Assembly: GCA_963765675.1 (NCBI GenBank)
Contig: CAVXXK010000001.1
Coordinates: 2,176,001-2,240,000 of the forward strand
Reading direction: 5' to 3'
Source of the DNA: an uncultured delta proteobacterium
GTDB lineage: Bacteria; Desulfobacterota; Binatia; Binatales; Binataceae
Length of the DNA: 64,000 bases
Shown piece after piece: positions 1 to 9,697 of the stretch; positions within the stretch are counted from its first letter, which is position 1, and each line of letters starts with the position of its first letter. The position numbers were made by a program, and so were the translations under genes. The notes under the pieces were generated by a model, which searched no databases, was not told the origin of the DNA, and saw only the letters and a list, made by a program, of their open reading frames with translations.

Positions 1-538
1 TGCCGTAGTTCGTCAGCAACTCGCGTACCTGCGCGAACATCACGCCGATAAACCGCTCCCACTGCTCCGGCGTGCCGCGGCGCCATTCGCCCCACTTGTA
101 GGGCTTGTCGGCCTCGGTGAAGGCCGGGTAGTCGGGATGATGCCAATCGATCAGCGAGAAGTAGAAGCCGACGCGCAGGCCCTCGGCGCGAAACGCGTCG
201 GAGTATTCGCGCACGATATCGCGTTTGAACGGCGTATGCGCGACGCCGTAATCCGAGGTCGCGGTATGGAACATCGCGAAGCCGTCATGATGCTTGGTCG
301 TCAGGACGCCGTAGGTCATCCCGGCGCGTTTGGCGAGCCGCGCGATCGCACGCGCGTCGAATTTCGTGGGATTAAACGTCGCCGCGGCTGAATGATATTC
401 GTCCACCGCGACGACCTGAGCGTTGGGCAGCGAGTTGATGCTGCCGACCAGCGGCCACGACAGTTCCCATCCGCGTTGTGACGAGGGCGCCCAATGAATG
501 AACATCCCGAAGCGAGCGGTATCGAACCATTTTTGCAT
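1..538 (-). CDS. alpha-L-fucosidase (GH29), 5' part, runs off window edge
   Basis: Not in the ORF track; manual translation from ATG at 538 gives MQKWFDTARFGMFIHW...GMTYGVLTTKHHDGFAMF...GLRVGFYFSLIDWHHPDY, typical GH29 motifs. Confidence 0.9.
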   Translation of the reverse strand, partial: MQKWFDTARFGMFIHWAPSSQRGWELSWPLVGSINSLPNAQVVAVDEYHSAAATFNPTKFDARAIARLAKRAGMTYGVLTTKHHDGFAMFHTATSDYGVAHTPFKRDIVREYSDAFRAEGLRVGFYFSLIDWHHPDYPAFTEADKPYKWGEWRRGTPEQWERFIGVMFAQVRELLTNYG

Positions 539-675
539 GACGCTGCGGATTGTGCCGTTCCTCGGGAGCGATGTCCATCGCGCGATTTTGCGCTAAGCAC
601 CCTATCAAGAAAGTCACTGCGCGTCTGGCGCGATACGCGAAATGAACCTGGCTGCGGAGAAGCCCAAGAAAGACG

Positions 676-843
676 GACCTAACCCCCGACCCCTTCCCGC
701 ACGGGAAGGGGAGTCAGAAACCTAGCCTCGATGACAACCTGGCACGCGCAGCGTCGCTAGCGGCGCCGGGAATTTGCCAGTTCACTCCAACCCTTGCGAC
801 CAGTGTGCCCCTTCCCGTGCGGGAAGGGGACAGGGGTTAGGTC
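676..843. repeat. REP-like inverted doublet (CCCCTTCCC/GGGAAGGGG type), 36-bp arms
   Basis: 676-711 and the reverse complement of 808-843 match at 34/36 positions; each arm has an internal hairpin. Confidence 0.85.
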
Positions 844-912
844 GATTGCCTGAGAAGCGCCACCCCAGGGCATCTTATTTTCATCCATCAAGGTGCGCGC
901 AGCCCATCCCGA

Positions 913-1055
913 CTCACCCGCGCGCCACGGCGATTGCAAAAAGGAGCAATCGCCGCGCCGCTCGACCGCCTCTGGATACCCTCGCCCTCCGGGAGAGGGC
1001 GACGCGGCGCGATGCTTGCGTTTGTCTCGCAAGCATCGTGACGCGTGGGTGAGGG
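913..1055. repeat. palindromic repeat doublet (CCCTC..GGGAGAGGG type): intact copy 975-1055, diverged inverted copy ~913-970
   Basis: 975-1055 recurs at 16356-16436; inner hairpin CGATGCTTGCG..CGCAAGCATCG. Confidence 0.8.
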
Positions 1056-1185
1056 CGGCTCGCGCATGATGGTCCGCCTGGTCTACCTAAACCGTCCGCT
1101 TTGAGGATCGGCGCATCCTCGTGGTATGCAATCGATCAGGTGCCGGCCGCGTACGGCGACCGCACCTCTGAGGAGGCGACGCGCG

Positions 1186-2475
1186 ATGAAGATCTCGATG
1201 TTCCATCTGATGCCCTACCGCGATCTGCCCGCGGATTTCGAGCAGCATTACAATTCGGTCTGGGTCGATCCGCCGTACTGGGAACTCGCCGACTCGAACA
1301 AGGTCGGCCAGTACTACAACTGGACGCTCGACGAGCTGATCCACGCCGCCAATAACGGCATCGACGGAATTTGCGTGAACGAGCATCACCAGAACGCCTA
1401 CGGATTCATGCCGAATCCCGATCTGATGGGCTCGATCCTGGCGCGCGCGACCAACGGCACCGACGTCGCGATCGTGCAGATGGGCTCGACGCTGCCGACC
1501 TCGAATCCGCCGATTCGCGTCGCCGAGGAATACTCGATGATCGATTGTATCTCGGGCGGGCGGATGGTCGCCGGGATGCCGCTGGGAACCTCGCAGGACG
1601 TGAATCTCTGCTACGGGATCTCGCCGATCGAGCAGCGCGAGCGCTACTACGAGGCGCACGATCTGATCATCAAGGCGTGGACGGCGAAGGAAATCTTTCC
1701 GTGGAACGGCAAGTATTTCAAACTCCCGATGGTCAATATCTGGCCGCGTCCGATTCAGAAGCCGCATCCTCCCGTATGGATTCCCGGCAGCGGCAGTCTT
1801 TCGACCTGGGATTTCTCCGCGCGCAACGACCATTGCTACTGCTTCCTCAGCTATTGGGGAAATAATTTCGGCAAACGCGTGATGGACGGATGGTGGGATT
1901 TCGTCGCCAAGGGCAATCACGATCCGAATCCGTACCGCGCCGGATTTCTGCAGCTCGTCGCCGTCTCCGAAACCGATGCGAGCGCTGAAAAAGATTACTA
2001 CAAGCACATCAGGTATTTTTACGATAAATGCCTGCATATCCAGCCCGAGTATTTCCCTGTCGCCGGCAACCAGGATTACAAGAGCCTCGTGAACTCGGTC
2101 ACCAAGCTAAATCCGCAAATGTTCGATCTGATGGCGAAGATTCCGACCTGGAAGTACAAGGACTTTATCGACAACCAGTTCGTCATCGCGGGCTCGCCCA
2201 AGACCGTCACGCAGCAGTTGATGGAGGCGGTCAAGAAGCTGCGCGTCGGCAACCTGATGGTGCTTTTGCATATCGGCTCGATGCCGCATGAGCTGACGAT
2301 GAAAAATGTCGAGCTGTTCTGCAAAGAGGTGCTGCCCAATTTCCGCGATGTCTGGGATAACGAGTGGGAAAATAAATGGTGGCCGGAAAAGTTGCGCGGC
2401 GCGCGCGGCACCAACGCGATTGCGAAAGGCGGCAACGGAAAATCAGGCGGCAAGCCGAAGCACGCGCACGCCTGA
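1186..2475 (+). CDS. LLM-class flavin-dependent oxidoreductase (luciferase-like monooxygenase)
   Basis: RBS AGGAGG before ATG 1186; motifs NEHHQ, RVAEEYSMIDCISGGR, PRPIQKPHPPVW, GSPKTV. Confidence 0.92.
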   Translation: MKISMFHLMPYRDLPADFEQHYNSVWVDPPYWELADSNKVGQYYNWTLDELIHAANNGIDGICVNEHHQNAYGFMPNPDLMGSILARATNGTDVAIVQMGSTLPTSNPPIRVAEEYSMIDCISGGRMVAGMPLGTSQDVNLCYGISPIEQRERYYEAHDLIIKAWTAKEIFPWNGKYFKLPMVNIWPRPIQKPHPPVWIPGSGSLSTWDFSARNDHCYCFLSYWGNNFGKRVMDGWWDFVAKGNHDPNPYRAGFLQLVAVSETDASAEKDYYKHIRYFYDKCLHIQPEYFPVAGNQDYKSLVNSVTKLNPQMFDLMAKIPTWKYKDFIDNQFVIAGSPKTVTQQLMEAVKKLRVGNLMVLLHIGSMPHELTMKNVELFCKEVLPNFRDVWDNEWENKWWPEKLRGARGTNAIAKGGNGKSGGKPKHAHA

Positions 2476-2505
2476 GCGAATCAGGGAAAGACGAGACAGG
2501 TTGAT

Positions 2506-3282
2506 ATGGCCACCGAAAAAAGCATCAGCGTCTGGGGCGACAGAGTTCATCCCAAGGTAAAAATTTCCGGCACCGGATCGCCCGTCGTCTATCTGCACGG
2601 CGGCTATGGACCGATCGACACCGAATTAATCGAGGAGCTGGGGAAGCATCACACCGTCTATGCGCCCGAGCATCCGGGGCTTACCGCCGGCGACGAAGAC
2701 GCGATCAAGGCACTCGACGATTTCTGGGATCTGGTCCTCTATTACTATGACCTGTTCGACAAGCTCGGGCTCAAGTCGCCCGCGGTGGTCGGGCATTCGT
2801 TCGGTGCGATGGTGGCGGCCGAGGTCGCGGCGACCGATCCTACTCGCGTGAGCAAGCTGGTGCTGATAAACGCGCTCGGCCTGTGGCGCGACGCGTATCC
2901 GGTCGCGAACTATGTGATCACGGCGCAGACAAAATTGCCCGAGCTCCTGTTTCGCGATCCGCATCATCCCGCGCTCAAGCGAATCGTGCTCAATCCCGAG
3001 GATCAGCAGGGCTTCATCCGAATCACCTGGTCGCTCGGATGCACCAGCAAATTCTACTGGCCGATCCCCGACAAGGGTCTGAAGAAACGGCTGCATCGGA
3101 TTACCGCGCCGACCCTGATTCTGTGGGGCAAGGAAGACAAGGTCGTCGCGCCGATCTACGCCGAGGACTTCCGCAAAGCGATTCACGACGCCAAGGTGGA
3201 ATTGATCGCGGGCGGCGCCCACATGATGACCGTCGAAGACCCCGGCAAAGTAGCCGCCGCCGTCACGAAGTTTTTGAAGTAG
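2506..3282 (+). CDS. alpha/beta fold hydrolase
   Basis: YLHGG, nucleophile GHSFG, WGKEDKVV, C-terminal GAH. Confidence 0.9.
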   Translation: MATEKSISVWGDRVHPKVKISGTGSPVVYLHGGYGPIDTELIEELGKHHTVYAPEHPGLTAGDEDAIKALDDFWDLVLYYYDLFDKLGLKSPAVVGHSFGAMVAAEVAATDPTRVSKLVLINALGLWRDAYPVANYVITAQTKLPELLFRDPHHPALKRIVLNPEDQQGFIRITWSLGCTSKFYWPIPDKGLKKRLHRITAPTLILWGKEDKVVAPIYAEDFRKAIHDAKVELIAGGAHMMTVEDPGKVAAAVTKFLK

Positions 3283-3320
3283 TGAGCGAAGGAAATCCGA
3301 GGCCCTACGCATTGAAAAGC

Positions 3321-3410
3321 GGGCCGACGAGCCGTCGGCCGCCACTGACGGGAAGAAGCAATTGACTGACGGAAATAATATGCCAGTGGGGGCGGACGGC
3401 TCGTCCGCCC
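3321..3410. repeat. REP doublet tagged GTGG (GTAG-family-like)
   Basis: GGGCCGACGAGCCGTCGGCCGCCACTG (3321-3347) is inverted to CAGTGGGGGCGGACGGCTCGTCCGCCC (3384-3410). Confidence 0.75.
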
Positions 3411-3535
3411 GTCCATCGAGGAGGCGCGGAGAGCGCTAAGCCGGCCGGACTTATCCAGCCACGCGCTTGCGCGCACGCGCGGGGTCGAATACTCAAAGGA
3501 AATTGCGTGCAACGATGACGATCGGAGACGTAAGA

Positions 3536-4093
3536 GTGAAACTTAAGAAACTATCCTGCCTTGCCGCCTTCGCCGCGATACTAATCGTCGCCTCGGCCTG
3601 CAACGGCTCAACGGACGGACTACCATTGAGAAACACCGGACATTACGCAATCGTGACCACCGAACACGGGACTTTCGTGATCGAACTTTATCCGAAGGTC
3701 GCGCCGAAAACGGTCGAGAACTTCGAAACCCTGGTCAAAAAGGGTTTCTACAACGGGCTGACGTTTCATCGCGTCGTGCCTGACTTCGTCGTCCAGGGCG
3801 GCGACCCCGACGGCACCGGCACCGGCGGCCCCGGCTACACCGTTCCCGCCGAGATCGACAAGAATGAGCATCACCTGCGCGGCACCGTCGCGACCGCCCG
3901 CACCGGCGACCAGGTGAATCCGACGCGCGCGTCGTCGGGCAGCCAGTTCTACATCTGCCTCAAGCCGCAGCCCGGCCTCGACGGCGACTACACGATTTTC
4001 GGCGGCGTGGTTAAGGGGATGGACGTGGTCGATCAGATTCAGAAGGGCGACCATATGAAGACGATCACGCTATCGAGCGAGCCGCCAAAGTAA
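3536..4093 (+). CDS. cyclophilin-type peptidylprolyl isomerase, lipoprotein
   Basis: FHRVVPDFVVQGGDP, SGSQFYI, YTIFG; lipobox ASAC; GTG start with GGAG upstream (ATG 3515 is an alternative). Confidence 0.92.
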   Translation: MKLKKLSCLAAFAAILIVASACNGSTDGLPLRNTGHYAIVTTEHGTFVIELYPKVAPKTVENFETLVKKGFYNGLTFHRVVPDFVVQGGDPDGTGTGGPGYTVPAEIDKNEHHLRGTVATARTGDQVNPTRASSGSQFYICLKPQPGLDGDYTIFGGVVKGMDVVDQIQKGDHMKTITLSSEPPK

Positions 4094-4109
4094 GCGCGCG
4101 AACTTCGCG

Positions 4110-4835
4110 ATGGCGGCTAACGCAAGCGGGCACCCAAACGGGCCCTACTTCAGCGTCGATCTGCACCTCCACACCAACCGCGGCAGCTCGGACTCGAACC
4201 TCGCGCTGACCGACCTGGTCGATCGCGCGCGCAAGACCGGAATCGGCGCGGTCTGTATCACCGAGCACGATACGATGTGGGATCTGCGCGAGGTTCCCGC
4301 GCTCGGGCGCGATTCCGGCCTGCTGTTCCTGCGCGGGATGGAAGTCACCACCGACATGGGGCATATCGGGGTCTTCGGCCTCGACCACTATATCGGCGGA
4401 ATCTACAAGCTCGCCGAGTTGCGCAAGGTTGCCGATCAGAATGGCGCGCTGCTGGTTGCGAATCATCCGTTCCGTTACAAGCTCGACCCGCGCTTTTCAT
4501 TTATCAATCCCGATCATGAACCGATCGACGCGGGATATCCGGATCGGGCGGCGAAGCTCAAGATTTTCGAGCTGGTCGATGCGATCGAAGTCCTGAACGG
4601 CGCCTGCTCGGAAGACGAAAACGTCTTCGCGCTCCGCGTCGCGCGCCATCTGGGGATGCCCGAGGTCGCGGGCTCGGATTCTCATTCGATGAATTCAGTC
4701 GGATGCGTGACGACGCTGCTCGACGCTCCGGTCGCCGACGAGCGCGAGCTGATCGAGTCGATCAAATCGCGCCGATGCCGCGCCGGCCGCGGCCTGTTGC
4801 AGCACGCCCTGGCCGAGTTCGACCTGCCCGCGTGA
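4110..4835 (+). CDS. PHP domain metal-dependent phosphoesterase/hydrolase
   Basis: DLHLHT, ITEHD, GMEVTT.GH, NHPFR, GSDSH. Confidence 0.88.
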   Translation: MAANASGHPNGPYFSVDLHLHTNRGSSDSNLALTDLVDRARKTGIGAVCITEHDTMWDLREVPALGRDSGLLFLRGMEVTTDMGHIGVFGLDHYIGGIYKLAELRKVADQNGALLVANHPFRYKLDPRFSFINPDHEPIDAGYPDRAAKLKIFELVDAIEVLNGACSEDENVFALRVARHLGMPEVAGSDSHSMNSVGCVTTLLDAPVADERELIESIKSRRCRAGRGLLQHALAEFDLPA

Positions 4836-4849
4836 GAAGAAAGGCAACC

Positions 4850-4935
4850 GGCCACTAAGACACGAAGACACGAAGAAGAAACTTTTTCCTGGAAAGAGAC
4901 CCGTTTCTTCTTAGTGTCTTTGTGTCTTAGTGGCC
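4850..4935. repeat. foldback element with (CACNAAGA)n arms, copy 1
   Basis: 33-bp inverted arms with 2 mismatches; related copies at 9477, 11429 and 43546. Confidence 0.85.
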
Positions 4936-5008
4936 CTCTGGATTCTCTTCCGCGATTGTTTGCGCTTTCAGTGGTACGATACAATTCGCGGGCTGACACG
5001 CGGCATCA

Positions 5009-7390
5009 TTGATGGCAACCAATCGAGATCGCTTTACGCTGATCGAGGAAATTTCCTCGATCGGCGGTGAAGATCACGAAGATCTGCGCTCCGCGCTCGA
5101 TCGTATTGTCGCCGCTATCGCGGAAGGCATGCAGGCCGAGGTCTGCTCGCTCTACCTGTTCGATCCGCAGGGAGAGCGCCTGGTCTTGCGCTCGACCTTC
5201 GGTCTCGATCGCGACTCGGTCGGCAAGGTCTCGCTGCGCCCGAGCGAGGGATTGGTAGGAATGGTGATCGAATCGGGCGAAGCGGTCACGGTGCCGGACG
5301 CGATCAGCCATCCGCGCTACAAATATTTTCCCGAGACCGGCGAAGAGCGCTTTCACAGCTTCCTTGGCGTGCCGGTGCAGGAGAGCAGGCAGAAGGCGAT
5401 CGGCGTGATGGTCGCGCAGACGCTCTCGCGCCGCAAATTCACCCGCACCGACGAGCGCCTGCTGCGCACCGCCGCGACCCAGGTCGCGCAAATCCTGTCG
5501 CACTTCCGGCTGCGCGAGACGCTCGCCACCAAGGAAAAAGAGCGCGCCGAGTACCGCCGCCGGATGATCGAAGCCAATCGCCAACTCAAGGACTACGAAA
5601 AAGTCGGCGGCAAGGCGCGGATGAAGCCGCCGCAGAAGATTCGCCGCCCGCGCCTGGTCGGACTGCCCGCCGCTCCCGGCTTCGCGCAGGGTGTCGCCCA
5701 CGTGGTCGGCACTTTCCTCAGCACTATCGATCGCAATCAACGCGCGCGCGACACCAAGGCGGAACGCAAGCGCCTGGATGAGGCGCTCGAACGCTCGCGC
5801 GCCGAGCTCGAAGTGCTGAAGGCCCGGATGGCGCCGCTGATGCCCGAGCAGGACCTCAAGATCTTCGACGGCCATCGCCTGATTCTCGAGGACGATGAAT
5901 TCGTCGGCCGAATTCGCGACACCGTCGACAAGGGCTTCTCCGCCGAGAGCGCGCTGTTCCGGGTGATCGACGAGCTTTCGGCCCAGATGCTCGCCGTCGC
6001 CGACGGCTACCTGCGCGAGCGCGCCACCGACTTCCGCGATGTCGGGCACCGCGTGCTGCGCCATCTGCGCCAGGAAGATCGCAAGGGCGCTTACGCGAAG
6101 CCGACGATCCTCGTCGCCGAAGAGCTGACGCTCTCGCAGCTGACCCTGGTTTCGCATGAGAATCTTGCCGCTATCGCGCTCCAATCGGGCGGCGTCACCT
6201 CGCACGCCGCGATCCTCGCGCGTTCGTTTGAGATTCCCACGGTCGTCGGCGTCGAGCATCTGATGGAATCGGTCATCGAGGGCGACCATCTGGTCCTCGA
6301 CGGCAATTCGGGCGTGGTTTACGTCAATCCTCCCGCCGACATCGAAAAGGACTACCAGGGGATGACGCGCCGGTACGAGGCGTTCAAGCGCGAGCTGATG
6401 GAAGATGGCAACGAGCCGGCCGCGACCAGCGACGGGCATCGCGTCATGATGCTCGCGAATATCGCGCTGCTTGCCGATATCCATTTGGCAAAGCGTTACG
6501 GGGCGGAGGGTGTCGGCCTTTTGCGCTCGGAGTTTTCGTTCCTGACCTACGAGGATTTTCCCGACGAGACACAGCAGCTCGCGCTCTACAACCAGATGCT
6601 CGAAGCGGTCGGCGGACGCAAGCCGGTCACGATTCGCACCCTCGATATCGGCGCCGATAAGTACCCGCCCTACATGCGGGTTCCGCGCGAGGAGAATCCG
6701 TTTCTCGGCTGGCGCTCGATCCGGATCTCGCTCGAAATGTCGGGTCTGTTCAAGGTTCAGTTGCGCGCGATCTTGCGCGCCGCCGCACGCTACAACGTCC
6801 GTATCCTGTTTCCGATGATCTCCTCGCTCGAAGAGCTACGCCGCGCCAAGGAGCTGCTGGCGGAGTCGCAAGCCGAGCTCTATAAGGAAGGCCTCGAACA
6901 TAATCCCAACATCGAGGTCGGGATCATGGTCGAGGTGCCGTCGGCGGTATGGCTCGCGCCGCGGCTTGCACGCGAAGTCGATTTTTTTTCGATCGGCACC
7001 AACGACCTGATCCAGTATCTGCTTGCCGCCGATCGCAACAATCCGAAAGTCGCGCATCTATACGAGGCGTTTCATCCCGCCGTCATCTCCGCGATCGCCG
7101 AAGTCGTCAACGTCGCCCGCGCCGCCGACAAGGAAGTCGGCCTGTGCGGCGAGATGGCCAGCGACCCGCTCGCGACTCTGCTCCTGGTCGGGATCGGGCT
7201 CGACGAGCTGAGCCTCTCGCCGCTGTTTATCCCCGTCGTGCGCAAGCTGGTGCGCGAAGTCGATTTTCAAACCACCCGGCTCATCGCGCGCGAGTGCTTG
7301 CAGATGGCGTCAGTCCAGGAAATCAAGGGCTACCTCGTCGAGCGCTATCGGGACTTGGGACTCATAAATCTGGTCGAGATGTACCGATAG
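5009..7390 (+). CDS. ptsP: phosphoenolpyruvate-protein phosphotransferase with N-terminal GAF domain (EI-Ntr)
   Basis: GAF N-terminus; TSHAAI phospho-His, RTLDIGADK, EENPFLGWRSIR, SIGTNDL, CGEMA. Confidence 0.93.
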   Translation: MMATNRDRFTLIEEISSIGGEDHEDLRSALDRIVAAIAEGMQAEVCSLYLFDPQGERLVLRSTFGLDRDSVGKVSLRPSEGLVGMVIESGEAVTVPDAISHPRYKYFPETGEERFHSFLGVPVQESRQKAIGVMVAQTLSRRKFTRTDERLLRTAATQVAQILSHFRLRETLATKEKERAEYRRRMIEANRQLKDYEKVGGKARMKPPQKIRRPRLVGLPAAPGFAQGVAHVVGTFLSTIDRNQRARDTKAERKRLDEALERSRAELEVLKARMAPLMPEQDLKIFDGHRLILEDDEFVGRIRDTVDKGFSAESALFRVIDELSAQMLAVADGYLRERATDFRDVGHRVLRHLRQEDRKGAYAKPTILVAEELTLSQLTLVSHENLAAIALQSGGVTSHAAILARSFEIPTVVGVEHLMESVIEGDHLVLDGNSGVVYVNPPADIEKDYQGMTRRYEAFKRELMEDGNEPAATSDGHRVMMLANIALLADIHLAKRYGAEGVGLLRSEFSFLTYEDFPDETQQLALYNQMLEAVGGRKPVTIRTLDIGADKYPPYMRVPREENPFLGWRSIRISLEMSGLFKVQLRAILRAAARYNVRILFPMISSLEELRRAKELLAESQAELYKEGLEHNPNIEVGIMVEVPSAVWLAPRLAREVDFFSIGTNDLIQYLLAADRNNPKVAHLYEAFHPAVISAIAEVVNVARAADKEVGLCGEMASDPLATLLLVGIGLDELSLSPLFIPVVRKLVREVDFQTTRLIARECLQMASVQEIKGYLVERYRDLGLINLVEMYR

Positions 7391-7458
7391 CGAGACGACC
7401 CAAAGTTCTCCAAAGCACCTTAAAACGTCGCCATGACGGGCTTTTTCCCCGAAAATTG

Positions 7459-7488
7459 TTGACTTCAAACGCCGGGATTAGTTAATCT
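7459..7488 (+). promoter_or_regulatory. putative sigma70 promoter
   Basis: TTGACT-N18-TAATCT about 100 nt upstream of the radical SAM gene, followed by hairpin CTAACCG..CGGTTAG. Confidence 0.4.
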
Positions 7489-7588
7489 CTAACCGGTCGG
7501 TTAGGTGTCCGGGCCAAGACTTTGACCGAGACCCTTGCCGAGGCCCCGCGCCGAGGTTGCGGGTTGGGATACTGAAGAGGATTTATCG

Positions 7589-9460
7589 ATGGTATTAACT
7601 CTGGTCGCACTCGTGAGCTTCCTCGTCTTCGCGACGGTGGTTCTATACATGTTGCTCGGGCGTAACCGCTACGGCGGAGACAGTTCCACGGTGCCGCTGC
7701 AGATTGCCGCGTCGCCCAGCGCGCTCGCGAATGCCGCCGTGAAGCCCGAGCCGGTCCGCACGATTCGCGTCTATTTCATCAAGCCCTCGCGCTACACCGA
7801 AGAGGGTTATGTCCAGTTCTTTCGTTTCGGAGTTCAGCCCAACAACACGCTGACGGTTTTGACCGCGCTCAACGCGGCGTTCAACAACAAGTTCGCGGCC
7901 GAGCGTAACGTGCAGCTCGAGACCGTCATTTGGGATGAGATTTGCGACGGCGTGATCAGTCCCGATACGATCAAGGCGATTAAGGAAAAGGCGCACGAGG
8001 ACGGCGTCGAGCTGCTGGTCGGGATGGCGGGTGTGCAATCAAATCAATACCCGCGCGGCCGCGATATCGCGCTGCAGTTCAAGGCGCTGGAAGTGCCGGT
8101 GATGATGGGCGGGTTCCACGTCAGCGGCTATCCTGAGTCGGTCAAGTTCCTGAACGAGTGCGGCATCACCACCATCGTCGGCGAAGCCGAGAATCTGTGG
8201 GGCGGAATCGTCGAGGATTTTCTGCGCGGCGAGTTGAAGCTCAACTACTCGGTCACCGAGGGAATCCGCGCAAAGACCGGCCGCGAGGATATTATCGTCC
8301 CGCTCATCACCGAGTCGCTCCTGCCGGTGCTCGACGATCGCTACCTGACGCGTTTTTTCAACACCTCGATGACCACGATCGACACATCGCGCGGATGTCC
8401 GTTCACCTGCTCCTACTGCAGCGTGAAGAACGTGATGGGCCGCACGATGCGCTCGCGGGAACCGGACTCGGTTGTCACCTGGGTGCGCGACGCATGCCGC
8501 AACCACGGTATCCAGTCGCTGTTCCTGGTCGATGACGATTTTTTCCGCTCGCCCAGATGGGAAGAGATTCTCACCGGCCTTATCGAAGTCAAAAAAGAAT
8601 ATCCGGACTTCTCGTTCATGATGCAGGTCGACGTGGACGCGTCGTGCTACGCGACCGCCGCGCCGGGCGAGACCGAGACCGCAAAGCATCGGCGCTCCAA
8701 GCGTTTCACCGAGTTGTGCGCGGCCGCGGGATGCTACCAGGCGTTCGTCGGAATCGAATCGCTCAATCCGGACAACCTCAACTTCGCGACCAAGTACCAG
8801 AACACTGACGATCGCCAGCACAAGATGAAGCTCGAAGAGTCGCGCGCCCGCGTGATCGACAAGTACCGGCGCGTCGTCGATAACTGGCACAAGGTCGGCA
8901 TCTCGGTTCACGCCGGCTACATGCTCGGCTTCCCGTTCGACGGACCCGATTGCGGCCGCGTCGCGGCGGAGACGCTCAAGAAGATCGGCTTCGACATCGT
9001 GTCGTTCTTCATCATGACCCCGCTTCCCGGCACCGAGGACCAGGTGCGCTACGCCGAAGCCGGCGAGATCATCGATTGGGACTTCAATCAGCTCGATTCG
9101 CAGCACGTGACGCTGAAGCATCCGAAGCTCGACAGCGCGGCCTGGATGCAGGCGTATCGGGACGCGTTCAAGGGCTTCTATTCGATCCCGCGGATGCTGC
9201 ACACGATCTTCACCGTCGCCGGCGGACGCGGCCTTGCTCCCGAATCGCGCCGCTCGACCCTGCGCCAGTTCATGTACTACTTCTTTTCGTATCGGCAGGG
9301 GCGTCATCCGATGGTCGGCGGTATCTGGCCGATCCTGCGCCGTGACGTGCGCCGGATCGCCGTGACTGACGACGAAGCGCGTCGCCACTATCTGGGCGGG
9401 ATGCGATTCGACGCAATCCTGCGCGGCGACGCCGGCGGCTTCGCGGCCGCCCCCGCGTAA
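7589..9460 (+). CDS. B12-binding-type radical SAM protein with N-terminal transmembrane helix
   Basis: SRGCPFTCSYC; GGFHVSG, VGEAE, FLVDDDF, FVGIES, TPLPGT; hydrophobic first ~22 aa. Confidence 0.85.
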   Translation: MVLTLVALVSFLVFATVVLYMLLGRNRYGGDSSTVPLQIAASPSALANAAVKPEPVRTIRVYFIKPSRYTEEGYVQFFRFGVQPNNTLTVLTALNAAFNNKFAAERNVQLETVIWDEICDGVISPDTIKAIKEKAHEDGVELLVGMAGVQSNQYPRGRDIALQFKALEVPVMMGGFHVSGYPESVKFLNECGITTIVGEAENLWGGIVEDFLRGELKLNYSVTEGIRAKTGREDIIVPLITESLLPVLDDRYLTRFFNTSMTTIDTSRGCPFTCSYCSVKNVMGRTMRSREPDSVVTWVRDACRNHGIQSLFLVDDDFFRSPRWEEILTGLIEVKKEYPDFSFMMQVDVDASCYATAAPGETETAKHRRSKRFTELCAAAGCYQAFVGIESLNPDNLNFATKYQNTDDRQHKMKLEESRARVIDKYRRVVDNWHKVGISVHAGYMLGFPFDGPDCGRVAAETLKKIGFDIVSFFIMTPLPGTEDQVRYAEAGEIIDWDFNQLDSQHVTLKHPKLDSAAWMQAYRDAFKGFYSIPRMLHTIFTVAGGRGLAPESRRSTLRQFMYYFFSYRQGRHPMVGGIWPILRRDVRRIAVTDDEARRHYLGGMRFDAILRGDAGGFAAAPA

Positions 9461-9476
9461 AGACATAAATCAACCA

Positions 9477-9568
9477 GCCACAAAGACTCGAAGACACCAA
9501 GAAGACTAAAGCGGGCCTTTCCCACCGGAAAGGCCCGCTTCTTTTTTGTGTCTTGGTGTCTTCGTGGC
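9477..9568. repeat. foldback element with (CACNAAGA)n arms, copy 2
   Basis: GCCACAAAGACTCGAAGACACCAAG...TTTGTGTCTTGGTGTCTTCGTGGC; inner hairpin AAGCGGGCCTTTCC..GGAAAGGCCCGCTT. Confidence 0.85.
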
Positions 9569-9697
9569 CGCCTGGATTCTTCTCGCGCCGCCCGCCACTT
9601 GATCGGAGCCGCCTGACTGCTCCGTCCGACCGCCTGACCTTTCTGCGCTTGCCTGCTGCCGCCCAAAGCGGATACGAATTCATCCACCGGTACCGCC

